In this document: positions 26,480 to 34,601 of the stretch, piece after piece
How the letters are laid out: each line of letters opens with the position of its first letter
Numbering within the stretch: position 1 is the first letter of the stretch
Assembly: GCA_041310895.1 (NCBI GenBank)
Contig: JBFYWT010000014.1
Span: forward strand, 1 to 37,189
Reading direction: 5' to 3'
Length of the DNA stretch: 37,189 bases
Source: Desulfobacteraceae bacterium
GTDB taxonomy: Bacteria; Desulfobacterota; Desulfobacteria; Desulfobacterales; SpSt-501
Position numbers and translations under genes: made by a program
Notes under the pieces: generated by a model
The model's database searches: none
The model's input: the letters and a program-made list of their open reading frames with translations, nothing else
What the model was told of the DNA's origin: nothing

Positions 26480-28843
26480 CTAAAATCCAAATTCGCCGAG
26501 ACCCTTCAGGCGCAGTCGGAATTCGAACTCGATATCGTCGGCGGAGGAGTAGTTGAAGAGGGTCTCCAGGATCCAGCATTGCGAGGCATAGGCGAACCCG
26601 ACCCCATAGGTCGAGCTGCCGTCTTCTAAGTCGCTTTCGTAGGAGGTGATCCACGTGAACCGGTCGGTCACCCCCAGCCGCAGCTCGGTGAACAAGTATT
26701 CGATCGTGCGTTGATCGCTGCTGACGATCGGGTTGACCTCCTGCTCGATCTCCTCCGCGTCCTCCGTTTTCAGCGGATCCCGGTCATAGCGGTACTCGAG
26801 CCGCAGGCGGTCTTTCTGCCGCGCCCAGAGGGTCATTCCGATGTTGTACTTGTCGAGGCGATCGTCGTAGGTGTTGTACGCGGCCTCGCTGTCCAGGCTG
26901 ATGTGCTGCCCCGGGAAAAACTGGAGCTTGCCGATGACGGGCGAAAACGGTTGATCGTGCCGGGCAAAATCGTAGTTCTGGAGGATCCTCAGGCGCAGGA
27001 TGTCGAGGTATTCGTAGTCCGAGGGCGATGTGACGGCCTCGCGCTGGGTAGGTCGCCGCGGGTCGGGCTCCGGGGCGGCCGACGTCGATTTGAAGCGGGA
27101 GGTCAGCGTGTTCGTGAGGGAGTAGGTGACGCGGCTGCGGTTTTCGACCCGGTCCCGGGAGTCGAAGAGCGGCAGGCTCTCCTGGTCCACCTCCGGGACA
27201 TAGGTGTAGCTGATCTGCGGCCTGACCGAGTGCCGCATGCGCGCGATATTGAAGCGTTCGACATCGTAGGTCCGGAAGAGATTGGTGAAGAGCGACAGGC
27301 GGCCGTCATAGAGCTCGCGGTGCGAATAGGGGCCGTCGGACCAGGGATCGGCCGCGTCGCTCTCATAGATGTTCCACACCGTCTGCCGCAGACCGGCCGA
27401 GGGTTCGATGCTCAGATAGGGCGGCAGCGCCAGCGGGTAGTAAAACCGGGGGTAGAGGTCCGCCCGCTGAACGCGGCCGCCGCTCCCCTTCCAGAAGTTG
27501 GCATACTGCGTGTTGAGATTGGCAAACATCGGGCTGGCGAACAGGGGCTGTTTCGGGGCGCTGAACTGAACGAGCGGAAGCCGCTGGGTGGTGTCCTGCC
27601 AGCGTTGCCCTTTGCGCACGTCGTTGTACCAATCGGTTTCAGCGTTGAGGCTGAAGCTGGGCCAGAAGCGGGAGACCAGCAGCGTGTTGGGGCGGATCGG
27701 GTCGTCGTCGTCGGCCAGCACGCGCCCGAAGGCCGTGTTGAAATAGTCGGAGCTGTCTTTAAACCCCATGTGTCCGGAATTGAATTCCCGCAGGTAGTCC
27801 TGGTCGCTGGCGGTGTCGAGCTCGAGCCGGGCGCGGAAACCGGCCGGCAGCGGGTTTTCGTGGCTCATCCGGAACCAGTAGCGGTCACGGTTGGGGCGCA
27901 GAAACTCCGCCCCGCTGTCTTTGTACCCCCACTGCTTGCTCGAGTCGCCGCCGGTGTCGGTCTGCTCGTCGTGCAGGTAGTCGAACATCGCGGCCCCGCG
28001 GGCCTCACGTGTCAGATAGTACCGGTACTCCACCCCCGGCCGCCAGCCCCGCCGGCTCATGCCCTGCAGGTAAAACGTGGCGTCGCTGGCATCGTCGATG
28101 GCCCAGTAGTAGGCCTGGGCGGCGAACACACCCCGGCGGGAGGAATAGCCGCCCTGGGGGATCAGCAGCCCGGAGGTCCGCTTGTTGGGTGCCGGGAAGG
28201 AGATATACGGGTAGTATCCGGCCGGGACGTCCCGGACATAGCCGACGGCGTGCCAGGCCGTGCTGGTGTCCTGGGTGTGCACGGTGATGTCCCGGCCCGC
28301 GATTTTCCAGTCCGGCGGGATGCCGTCGCAGGTGGTGAGGGTCCCTTGGTCGATGCGGTAGGTGTCCGGGCCGGTTTTTTCGATGCGGTTGCCCTGGATG
28401 CGGTAATTGCTCGCGGCGATGAAAATCGTGCCGTTTTCGATCGTCCCCGTCTCGTTTTGCAAATCCCATTCGGCGCTGTCCCCGGTCACGGTGTCCGCGC
28501 CCGCGGTGAGGATTACGTTACCCCGGGCGGTCGCCGTCAGGTTGCGCAGGTTGTAAGTGACGCTGTCGGCGGTCAGCTGGCGATCCTGCCGGCGGATGAT
28601 CACCCCGCCCTCGGCCACGTACTCGTCGCGGAACTGGTCGTAGCTGATGCGGTCGGCATCGATTTCCCAGGGGGCGGCCGGGTCCGTGGGGGCGAGGCTT
28701 TTTATCAGCGGGGCGCTCGCCTGCGCCCCGGCCGCCGGCATCCAGGCACCGGCCAGGATGCACGCGGCCGCCAGCCATACCGCCGCCAGCCCGGGCCGGA
28801 GCGAAGTCCAACGCGCTGAAGATCCTGGTGCGGCCGGCGTCAC
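26480..28843 (-). CDS. lptD: LPS-assembly outer-membrane protein LptD
   Basis: 787 aa with a signal peptide. The N-terminal OstA/LptA-like beta-jellyroll reads GNVILTAGADTVTGDSAEWDLQNETGTIENG. A large C-terminal beta-barrel rich in Y/W/D/R ends in ...GEFGF. Confidence 0.85.
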   Translation of the reverse strand: MTPAAPGSSARWTSLRPGLAAVWLAAACILAGAWMPAAGAQASAPLIKSLAPTDPAAPWEIDADRISYDQFRDEYVAEGGVIIRRQDRQLTADSVTYNLRNLTATARGNVILTAGADTVTGDSAEWDLQNETGTIENGTIFIAASNYRIQGNRIEKTGPDTYRIDQGTLTTCDGIPPDWKIAGRDITVHTQDTSTAWHAVGYVRDVPAGYYPYISFPAPNKRTSGLLIPQGGYSSRRGVFAAQAYYWAIDDASDATFYLQGMSRRGWRPGVEYRYYLTREARGAAMFDYLHDEQTDTGGDSSKQWGYKDSGAEFLRPNRDRYWFRMSHENPLPAGFRARLELDTASDQDYLREFNSGHMGFKDSSDYFNTAFGRVLADDDDPIRPNTLLVSRFWPSFSLNAETDWYNDVRKGQRWQDTTQRLPLVQFSAPKQPLFASPMFANLNTQYANFWKGSGGRVQRADLYPRFYYPLALPPYLSIEPSAGLRQTVWNIYESDAADPWSDGPYSHRELYDGRLSLFTNLFRTYDVERFNIARMRHSVRPQISYTYVPEVDQESLPLFDSRDRVENRSRVTYSLTNTLTSRFKSTSAAPEPDPRRPTQREAVTSPSDYEYLDILRLRILQNYDFARHDQPFSPVIGKLQFFPGQHISLDSEAAYNTYDDRLDKYNIGMTLWARQKDRLRLEYRYDRDPLKTEDAEEIEQEVNPIVSSDQRTIEYLFTELRLGVTDRFTWITSYESDLEDGSSTYGVGFAYASQCWILETLFNYSSADDIEFEFRLRLKGLGEFGF

Positions 28844-28859
28844 GCGAAACCTATCCTCC

Positions 28860-28888
28860 TTGAACCGCGACGAAAACTAAGCTATAAA
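28860..28888 (+). promoter_or_regulatory. candidate sigma-70 promoter for surE-tmk-(cysK/cysS-like)
   Basis: TTGAAC (28860-28865), 17-nt spacer, TATAAA (28883-28888), in the divergent lptD/surE gap. Confidence 0.4.
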
Positions 28889-28945
28889 GACAGCTTGAGC
28901 TTAAAAGTCAAGACGTTGTTACGCCACCGACCCCGGACCACCCCG

Positions 28946-29728
28946 ATGAAGATCTTGCTGACCAACGACGACGGCATCCATGCGGAGGGCCTCTGGGCGC
29001 TTCATGCCCGGCTCTCACGCCGCCATGATGTGACCGTGATCGCGCCGGACCGCGAGCGCACGGCGGTCAGCCACGGCATCACCCTGCACCAGCCGCTGCG
29101 CGCCGTGCCGGTGGCGGTGAACGGCGGCGGAGGGGTTGCGGTCAATGGGACTCCCGCCGATTGCGTCAAGCTCGGAATTCTGGAAATCTTGAAATCCAAA
29201 CCCGATCTCGTGGTGGCCGGCCTGAACCCGGGCGCCAACGTGGGGGTCAACATCGCCTATTCGGGTACGGTGGCGGCCGCCAAGGAGGCGGCGCTCAGCG
29301 ATATACCGGCCATCGCGGCCTCGATGGAGGGCCGGGGCCCGTATGCCTACGAAACAGCCGCAGGGTTCGTCGCCGAACTGGCCGAGATGCTCCTCCGTCG
29401 CGGGCTTGCCGCCGGCACTTTTCTGAATGTCAACTTTCCGGACGTCCGGCCGGAGCAGATCGCCGGGGTTTGCATCAGCCGGCACGGGCTTCAGACCTTC
29501 CGGGAAGTCATGGAAAAGCGTATCGATCCCCGCAACCGGCCCTATTACTGGCAGGGGGCGGACATGCAGACCTTCGGAGAGGACCCGGATGTGGACGGAG
29601 TCGCCCTCCGCCGGGGCTACATTTCCATTACCCCGATCCAATGCGACATGACCGACTACAGCGTCATGGAAGAGCTCAAGCACTGGGCGATCGGGATTTC
29701 TCCCGGGCGGCCGCGGCCCGGCACCTGA
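28946..29728 (+). CDS. surE: 5'/3'-nucleotidase SurE
   Basis: Canonical MKILLTNDDGIHAEGL N-terminus, plus GLNPGANVG and YSGTVAAA motifs. The track start at 28895 (TTG) is an extension. Confidence 0.9.
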   Translation: MKILLTNDDGIHAEGLWALHARLSRRHDVTVIAPDRERTAVSHGITLHQPLRAVPVAVNGGGGVAVNGTPADCVKLGILEILKSKPDLVVAGLNPGANVGVNIAYSGTVAAAKEAALSDIPAIAASMEGRGPYAYETAAGFVAELAEMLLRRGLAAGTFLNVNFPDVRPEQIAGVCISRHGLQTFREVMEKRIDPRNRPYYWQGADMQTFGEDPDVDGVALRRGYISITPIQCDMTDYSVMEELKHWAIGISPGRPRPGT

Positions 29729-29779
29729 AGCGGCCGAGGGCGGCGGCAGGAAATCGGCCCTCTGGTGGGCGGAGGCGTC

Positions 29780-30451
29780 ATGTTTATCACCTTGGAAGGC
29801 GGCGAGGGGGCCGGGAAGACAACCAAGATGGTGCGCCTGGCCGAATGGCTGCGCGCCCGCGGGGGCGGCTGGACCCTCACGCGCGAGCCCGGCGGCACCG
29901 CGCTCGGCCGGTCGATTCGGGCGCTCCTGCTCGATCCCGCGAACCGGGGAATGGCCCCGGAAACCGAGCTCATGCTCTACATGGCGGATCGGGCCGAGCA
30001 CGTGCACAAAGTGATTGCGCCGGCCCTGGCGGCCGGCGACGGCGTGCTCTGCGATCGCTTTTTTGATGCCACCATCGTCTACCAGGGATTTGCCCGCGGG
30101 CTGCCGGCGGAGCGGCTGCTTGAGCTGCACCGGCTGGTTTTGGCTGACCTGCGGCCGCAGTTGACCCTGCTCCTGGACCTTTCCCCCGAGGTGGGCCTGG
30201 CCCGCGCCCGCGGCGAGCTGGCGAAGGGCAGACGCGCTCAGGCCGAAAGCCGGTTCGAGCGCGAGACCCTCGCGTTCCACCGGCGGGTGCGGGAGGGCTA
30301 TCTCCGCCTGGCGCGGCAGGCGCCGGAGCGGTTCCGGGTCGTGGACGCCGCCCGGGAGGCCGAGCAGGTCCAAGCGGATCTGCGCGCCGCCGTGGCGGCC
30401 TTTCTTTCCCCGGCCGGGCAAGGCGGCGTCCTGAACGCATGCAACCGATGA
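29780..30451 (+). CDS. tmk: thymidylate kinase
   Basis: MFITLEGGEGAGKTT P-loop and the DRF/DAT region (CDRFFDATIVYQG). ATG 29780 follows GGAGG. The stop TGA 30449-30451 overlaps ATG 30448 of the next gene. Confidence 0.9.
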   Translation: MFITLEGGEGAGKTTKMVRLAEWLRARGGGWTLTREPGGTALGRSIRALLLDPANRGMAPETELMLYMADRAEHVHKVIAPALAAGDGVLCDRFFDATIVYQGFARGLPAERLLELHRLVLADLRPQLTLLLDLSPEVGLARARGELAKGRRAQAESRFERETLAFHRRVREGYLRLARQAPERFRVVDAAREAEQVQADLRAAVAAFLSPAGQGGVLNACNR

Positions 30452-32712
30452 ATCAGCCCAGCGCCTCCATCCTCGATCTCATCGGCAACACCCCGTTGGT
30501 CGAAATCCGGCGGATGAACCCCGCGCCCCGGGTCCGGGTGCTGGCCAAGCTCGAGTATCTCAACCCGGGCGGATCCATCAAGGACCGCGCCGCCCTCTCC
30601 ATGATCGAGGCGGCGGAGCGCTCCGGGGAGCTCACACCGGAAAAGATCGTGATCGAGGCGACCAGCGGCAACACCGGAATCGGGCTCGCCATGGTGTGCG
30701 CGGTGAAGGGCTACCGGCTGCTGCTCGCCATGTCGGAAGCCGTCAGCCTGGAGCGCCGCAAAATCCTCCAGGCGCGGGGTGCGCAGATTCTCTTGACCCC
30801 CGGCCATCTGGGCACCGACGGGGCGATCGAGGAGGTCTACCGCCGGGTGCGCGAGCACCCCGATCGGTACGTTGCCGTGGATCAGTTCAACAACGAGGCG
30901 AACTGGAAGGCGCACTACCACGGTACGGCCGAGGAGATCTGGCGCCAGACAGAGGGGACGGTCACCGTCCTCGTGGCCACCATGGGGACCACCGGGACTC
31001 TCATGGGGGTCTCGCGGCGCCTGAAGGAGTATAATGCCGCCGTCCGCGTGGTGGGGGTCGAGCCCTACCTCGGCCACCGCATCCAGGGCTTGAAGAACCT
31101 CAGGGAAGCCTACTGCCCGGAGATCTTCGAACGGCAGCGGTTGGACCGCAAGGTCAACATCGACGACGAGGAGGCCTACGATGCGGCCCGGCGCCTGGCG
31201 CGGGAGGAGGGGCTGCTGGTCGGCATGAGCAGCGGGGCGGCCATGGCGGCCGCGCTGCGGGAGGCGGCGCTTCTGGAGGAAGGCACCGTGGTCGCCATCC
31301 TGCCGGACGGCGGGGAGCGCTATCTCAGCACGGCCCTCTTCTCGGATCAGGAGAAGCTTGAGCTTCAGGTCTCCCACCTCCTCGGCCGGGCACGCGAACC
31401 GCTCGCGCCCCTGCAGCCCGGGCGGGTCGCGATTTACACCTGCGGGCCTCATACCCAGCGGCCGATGCGGCTCGGAGAGGCCCGGCGCTTTCTCGTGGCC
31501 GACCTCCTGCGGCGCTACCTGCGCTGGCGCGGCTGGGCCGTGACCCAGGTGGTGGACCTGAGTGACCTGGAACCCGATGCCCGCCGGCCGGCGGCCGACG
31601 GGGCACCCGTAGGCCGCCTCGACCAGATCCTGGAGGAGATGGCCTGGCTCGCGGTCGAGCCGGCCGAACACACCCCCCGGGCGCGGGACCACGCCGAGGA
31701 CATGGTGGCGCTCGCGCGGCGGCTCTCGGCCAAGGGGTTCGCCTACGAAAAGCTGCGCTCGCTCTATTTCAACCTCTCGCGGTTCAACGCCTATGGCCGG
31801 CTCTCGGGCATTGACCCCGCCCGGACTCGGGCCGGAGCCTCCGTCGACCTCGAGGACTTCGAGAAGGACCACCCGGGCGACTTTGCGCTCTTCAAGCGCT
31901 GCCGGCTCTCCGAGCTCAAGCGGGGCGCCTTCGTGAAGACCGACTGGGGCAACATGCGCCCCTCCTGGCATCTGCAGACGACCGCCATGGCGATGAAGTA
32001 CCTCGGTGAGAATTTCGATGTCCACATCAGCAGCCGCGAGCTTCTCTTTCCCCACCACGAAAACGAGAACGCCATTGCGGCGGCCCTGACCGGCAAGCCG
32101 CTCGCCAACTGCTGGATTCATGCCGAACGGGTTCTGGGGGAGGACCCCGGACTGCGCGCACTGCGCGAAAAGGGAATCGCCCCCCGCGAGCTCCGGTTCT
32201 GGCTGATGTCGGTTCACTATCGCAAGCCGGCGGTTTTCGCCTGGGATCGGATTCTGGAGGCCCGGCGTTCGCTGCGGCGCCTGGATGACTGCGTGGCGAG
32301 GTTGATGAATGTCCACGGCGGGGAGCCATGTCCCGAACTTGACCAGTTGATCTACGATCTGCGCCAGGGGTTGCGCCGCGGCATGGACGACGACCTGAAC
32401 ACCCCGGCCATCCTCGCAGCCCTCTTCCAGGCGGTCCGAAGCATCAACGGATTTCTCGCCCGAGGCGCCATGGATGAGCGTGGCGCCGGCCGACTGCTAT
32501 CCGCCTTCCAGGACATTAATGCCGTGCTCGGCATCCTCGACTTCCGGCAAAAATCGGATGCGGCCGAGGCGGTCCTCGAGCTCATTGCCGCCCGCGAAAA
32601 AGCGAGGAGCGCGGGCGACTTCGAGCTGGCCGACCGGCTGAGGGCGCAGTTGCTCGCGGCCGGCGTGCGGGTGCAGGACCGCTGCCCGGTCGGGCGGAAG
32701 CGATCCGCATGA
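30439..32712 (+). CDS. fusion protein: PLP-dependent cysteine synthase (CysK/CysM-like) + degenerate cysteinyl-tRNA-synthetase-like module
   Basis: Residues 1-300 carry NPGGSIKDR (PLP Lys48), TSGNTG, GTTGT, SSGAA and ERYLST. Residues ~308-757 are colinear with CysRS: VAIYTCGP, WH.....AM, FPHHENE, DDDLNTP and a C-terminal ELIAAREKARSAGDFELADRLR helix pair. HIGH is replaced by RLGE (31468-31479) and KMSKS is absent. The alternative start ATG 30448 forms an ATGA overlap with tmk. Confidence 0.85.
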   Translation: MQPMNQPSASILDLIGNTPLVEIRRMNPAPRVRVLAKLEYLNPGGSIKDRAALSMIEAAERSGELTPEKIVIEATSGNTGIGLAMVCAVKGYRLLLAMSEAVSLERRKILQARGAQILLTPGHLGTDGAIEEVYRRVREHPDRYVAVDQFNNEANWKAHYHGTAEEIWRQTEGTVTVLVATMGTTGTLMGVSRRLKEYNAAVRVVGVEPYLGHRIQGLKNLREAYCPEIFERQRLDRKVNIDDEEAYDAARRLAREEGLLVGMSSGAAMAAALREAALLEEGTVVAILPDGGERYLSTALFSDQEKLELQVSHLLGRAREPLAPLQPGRVAIYTCGPHTQRPMRLGEARRFLVADLLRRYLRWRGWAVTQVVDLSDLEPDARRPAADGAPVGRLDQILEEMAWLAVEPAEHTPRARDHAEDMVALARRLSAKGFAYEKLRSLYFNLSRFNAYGRLSGIDPARTRAGASVDLEDFEKDHPGDFALFKRCRLSELKRGAFVKTDWGNMRPSWHLQTTAMAMKYLGENFDVHISSRELLFPHHENENAIAAALTGKPLANCWIHAERVLGEDPGLRALREKGIAPRELRFWLMSVHYRKPAVFAWDRILEARRSLRRLDDCVARLMNVHGGEPCPELDQLIYDLRQGLRRGMDDDLNTPAILAALFQAVRSINGFLARGAMDERGAGRLLSAFQDINAVLGILDFRQKSDAAEAVLELIAAREKARSAGDFELADRLRAQLLAAGVRVQDRCPVGRKRSA

Positions 32713-33665
32713 CCCCGGTCTATTTCCCCTTCACGCACCTCTCCTTGCGGGCGGCCGTGGCCCTTCAGGCCTATTTTGAGACCATCACGCTGCTGCGCCC
32801 TTTTGCCGACCCCCTGTCGTCCGGGATGCGGGAGCTGGAGCGACGGGGGTTCCTGAAAGTATGCACGCCTGTTCGCGGCAGCGAGGAGGCCCCGGCCGCT
32901 GCGCTCCGGCAGCTGCAGGAATGGGGCAACCGACACGCCGGCGGGGTCGGCCCGGCGGCGGCCTTCTGGCACGGGCAGCTTTCCCGCGGGGAGTTGTCCG
33001 CCTTTGAGCTGGCCGCCAGGGTCAAACGCCGGCCGACATCCGCGGAAGGGCCTTCCGCGGCCGATCGGCTGCGGGCGGCCCGGGTGTTTCTGCACCTCGC
33101 CCAAGAGTTGGATCGACAGGAGGACGAGTTGCTCCAGGGGCTCGCGAGCCACGATCAGCTGAACGCCCAGCTGATGGAGAGGTTGATGGGGCGGCCCGAC
33201 CCCGGACCTTCGCCGGCGAGCGGCCTTAGCTCCCCGGTGCGTGAAGCTCACCGGCTGGCCGATCGGCTCTCAGCCTGGGCCCGGCTGTTTCGGGAGCAGG
33301 AGTGCCCCCGCCCGGTCCTGGTGACCACCAGCGCCGCCGTCGCCGAGCACCTGCTGCAGGTATCCGCCGGGGCGCGGATTATAGCGTCCGCGGCCGTGCG
33401 CGGGCCGGAGGGGTCGCTGATCCCGCAGCTTGCGCAGTGGGCGGCGGCGCCCGCGGACTGGATCGCGGCCCTGCCAGCGGCAAACGGCGGCGTGGACCCC
33501 GAGCTGGTCAAAGGCGGGCCCAGCGTCATCGTTTTTCCCGGGCAGGCCCCGCAGCGCTTCCTCAGCCGGCTATCCGTTCTCGATCAGGGGGCGGAAGCGC
33601 TATCTCCGGGCAGCCCCCCGGAACAGCACGCGCTTCTCGTCCTGGTCCCGCCCGACCTGGCGTAA
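32709..33665 (+). CDS. hypothetical protein (Ala/Leu/Arg-rich, no recognised domain), translationally coupled to the fusion gene
   Basis: 318-aa ORF. Its ATG 32709 overlaps the stop TGA 32710-32712 of the preceding gene. Codon usage and GC3 look like the neighbouring genes. No motif is recognised. Confidence 0.55.
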   Translation: MTPVYFPFTHLSLRAAVALQAYFETITLLRPFADPLSSGMRELERRGFLKVCTPVRGSEEAPAAALRQLQEWGNRHAGGVGPAAAFWHGQLSRGELSAFELAARVKRRPTSAEGPSAADRLRAARVFLHLAQELDRQEDELLQGLASHDQLNAQLMERLMGRPDPGPSPASGLSSPVREAHRLADRLSAWARLFREQECPRPVLVTTSAAVAEHLLQVSAGARIIASAAVRGPEGSLIPQLAQWAAAPADWIAALPAANGGVDPELVKGGPSVIVFPGQAPQRFLSRLSVLDQGAEALSPGSPPEQHALLVLVPPDLA

Positions 33666-33843
33666 AATATTATAACTATTTGAAATTAATATTTAAATAT
33701 TTTAATGCGGGCCTGCCTCAAAAAAATGCAACAAAGCTTGACTCGTCTTTTTAATTGGTATATGCACTCATCCGTACATCGATCCGGAACGCAATGGCGA
33801 GTGCTCGCCATGGATGCATAACCTACCGAAAGGAGATGAACTG

Positions 33844-34032
33844 ATGGCTTTTAATCCCACCGTCGATGAGGAAAAATGCGCTGGCTGCGAAGAGTGCGTG
33901 GACGTCTGCCCGGTCGAGGTCTTCGAAATGCAGGACGGAAAATCCGTACCGGTGAATGCTGAAGAGTGCCTCGGTTGCGAGAGCTGCGTCGAGGTCTGCT
34001 CGGAAGGCGCCATCAAAGTCGAAGAGACCTGA
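33844..34032 (+). CDS. 2[4Fe-4S] ferredoxin
   Basis: 62 aa with CAGCEECVDVCP and CLGCESCVEVCS cluster motifs. AAAGGAGA SD lies before ATG 33844; the track start at 33814 is an extension. Confidence 0.85.
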   Translation: MAFNPTVDEEKCAGCEECVDVCPVEVFEMQDGKSVPVNAEECLGCESCVEVCSEGAIKVEET

Positions 34033-34047
34033 TTGCCAGTCGGTAGC

Positions 34048-34095
34048 AACCCCCCTGGCCGATGCCGTAACGGTGGTCAGGGGGGTTCCTTTTTT
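34048..34095 (+). terminator. rho-independent terminator of the ferredoxin gene
   Basis: The 10-bp stem AACCCCCCTG (34048-34057) / CAGGGGGGTT (34078-34087) is followed by CC TTTTTT (34090-34095). Confidence 0.7.
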
Positions 34096-34232
34096 GAAAA
34101 CCCGCAGCGCCTCCTTCCTCTGTTGCCTCTCGTCCCGCGGCATCCCGGCCGCGGCCCCACCCGCCGGCGTGCCCCTTCACCGGCCGGCAGCCGGCTTGCG
34201 GACCTCCACCGGTTGTGGTATTTATACCGGAT

Positions 34233-34565
34233 ATGAAACAATATGTTGTTGATCAGCTGCGCTACCCTGATTATGAAAAAATCAAGGGGTGTCTCGATCA
34301 GCGGTTCGGACCGGCGTTTATGGGCGCTGTCTACTGGGTGCCCCTCGCATCCGGGCAACTCACGGCCACCCAAGCCGCCCATCGCGAATGCCAGCCGTTT
34401 TTCGCAGCCATAGAGCTGCAGGAAGAGCGGCTGTCACTGGAGCTGCTGATCCGGACGCGGCAGCGGGTGCGCTGCGCCTGCATCACCTATGCCACGGAGG
34501 AGCAGCGCAACGCGCTTATCCGGATGGTGGACGACATGCTGGCGGCGCTCGAGATTTCGGTCTAA
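34233..34565 (+). CDS. hypothetical small protein (four Cys)
   Basis: 110-aa ORF from ATG 34233 (GTG 34215 also possible), on the same strand directly upstream of plsC-rnj. It contains KGC, REC and RCAC. No family is recognised and there is no clear SD. Confidence 0.45.
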   Translation: MKQYVVDQLRYPDYEKIKGCLDQRFGPAFMGAVYWVPLASGQLTATQAAHRECQPFFAAIELQEERLSLELLIRTRQRVRCACITYATEEQRNALIRMVDDMLAALEISV

Positions 34566-34601
34566 GCGGTATTCCATCCATAGAGAAAAGGAACCCTTGG
34601 G

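Noticed and set aside
26711-28819. 702-aa plus-strand ORF opposite lptD
   Set aside because: It is a low-complexity R/G/V/A-rich antisense frame. The minus frame has a signal peptide, an OstA domain and a beta-barrel with a terminal Phe.
29015-32316. Minus-strand ORFs of 468 aa (29015-30421) and 672 aa (30298-32316) opposite surE, tmk and the CysK/CysRS-like fusion
   Set aside because: These are antisense shadow frames with no recognisable domain. The plus-strand frames carry canonical SurE, Tmk, PLP and CysRS motifs.
33688-33701. Perfect 14-bp palindrome AATATTTAAATATT upstream of the ferredoxin promoter
   Set aside because: It lies in a pure A/T tract where palindromes arise easily by chance. 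It is kept only as context for the leader palindrome finding.
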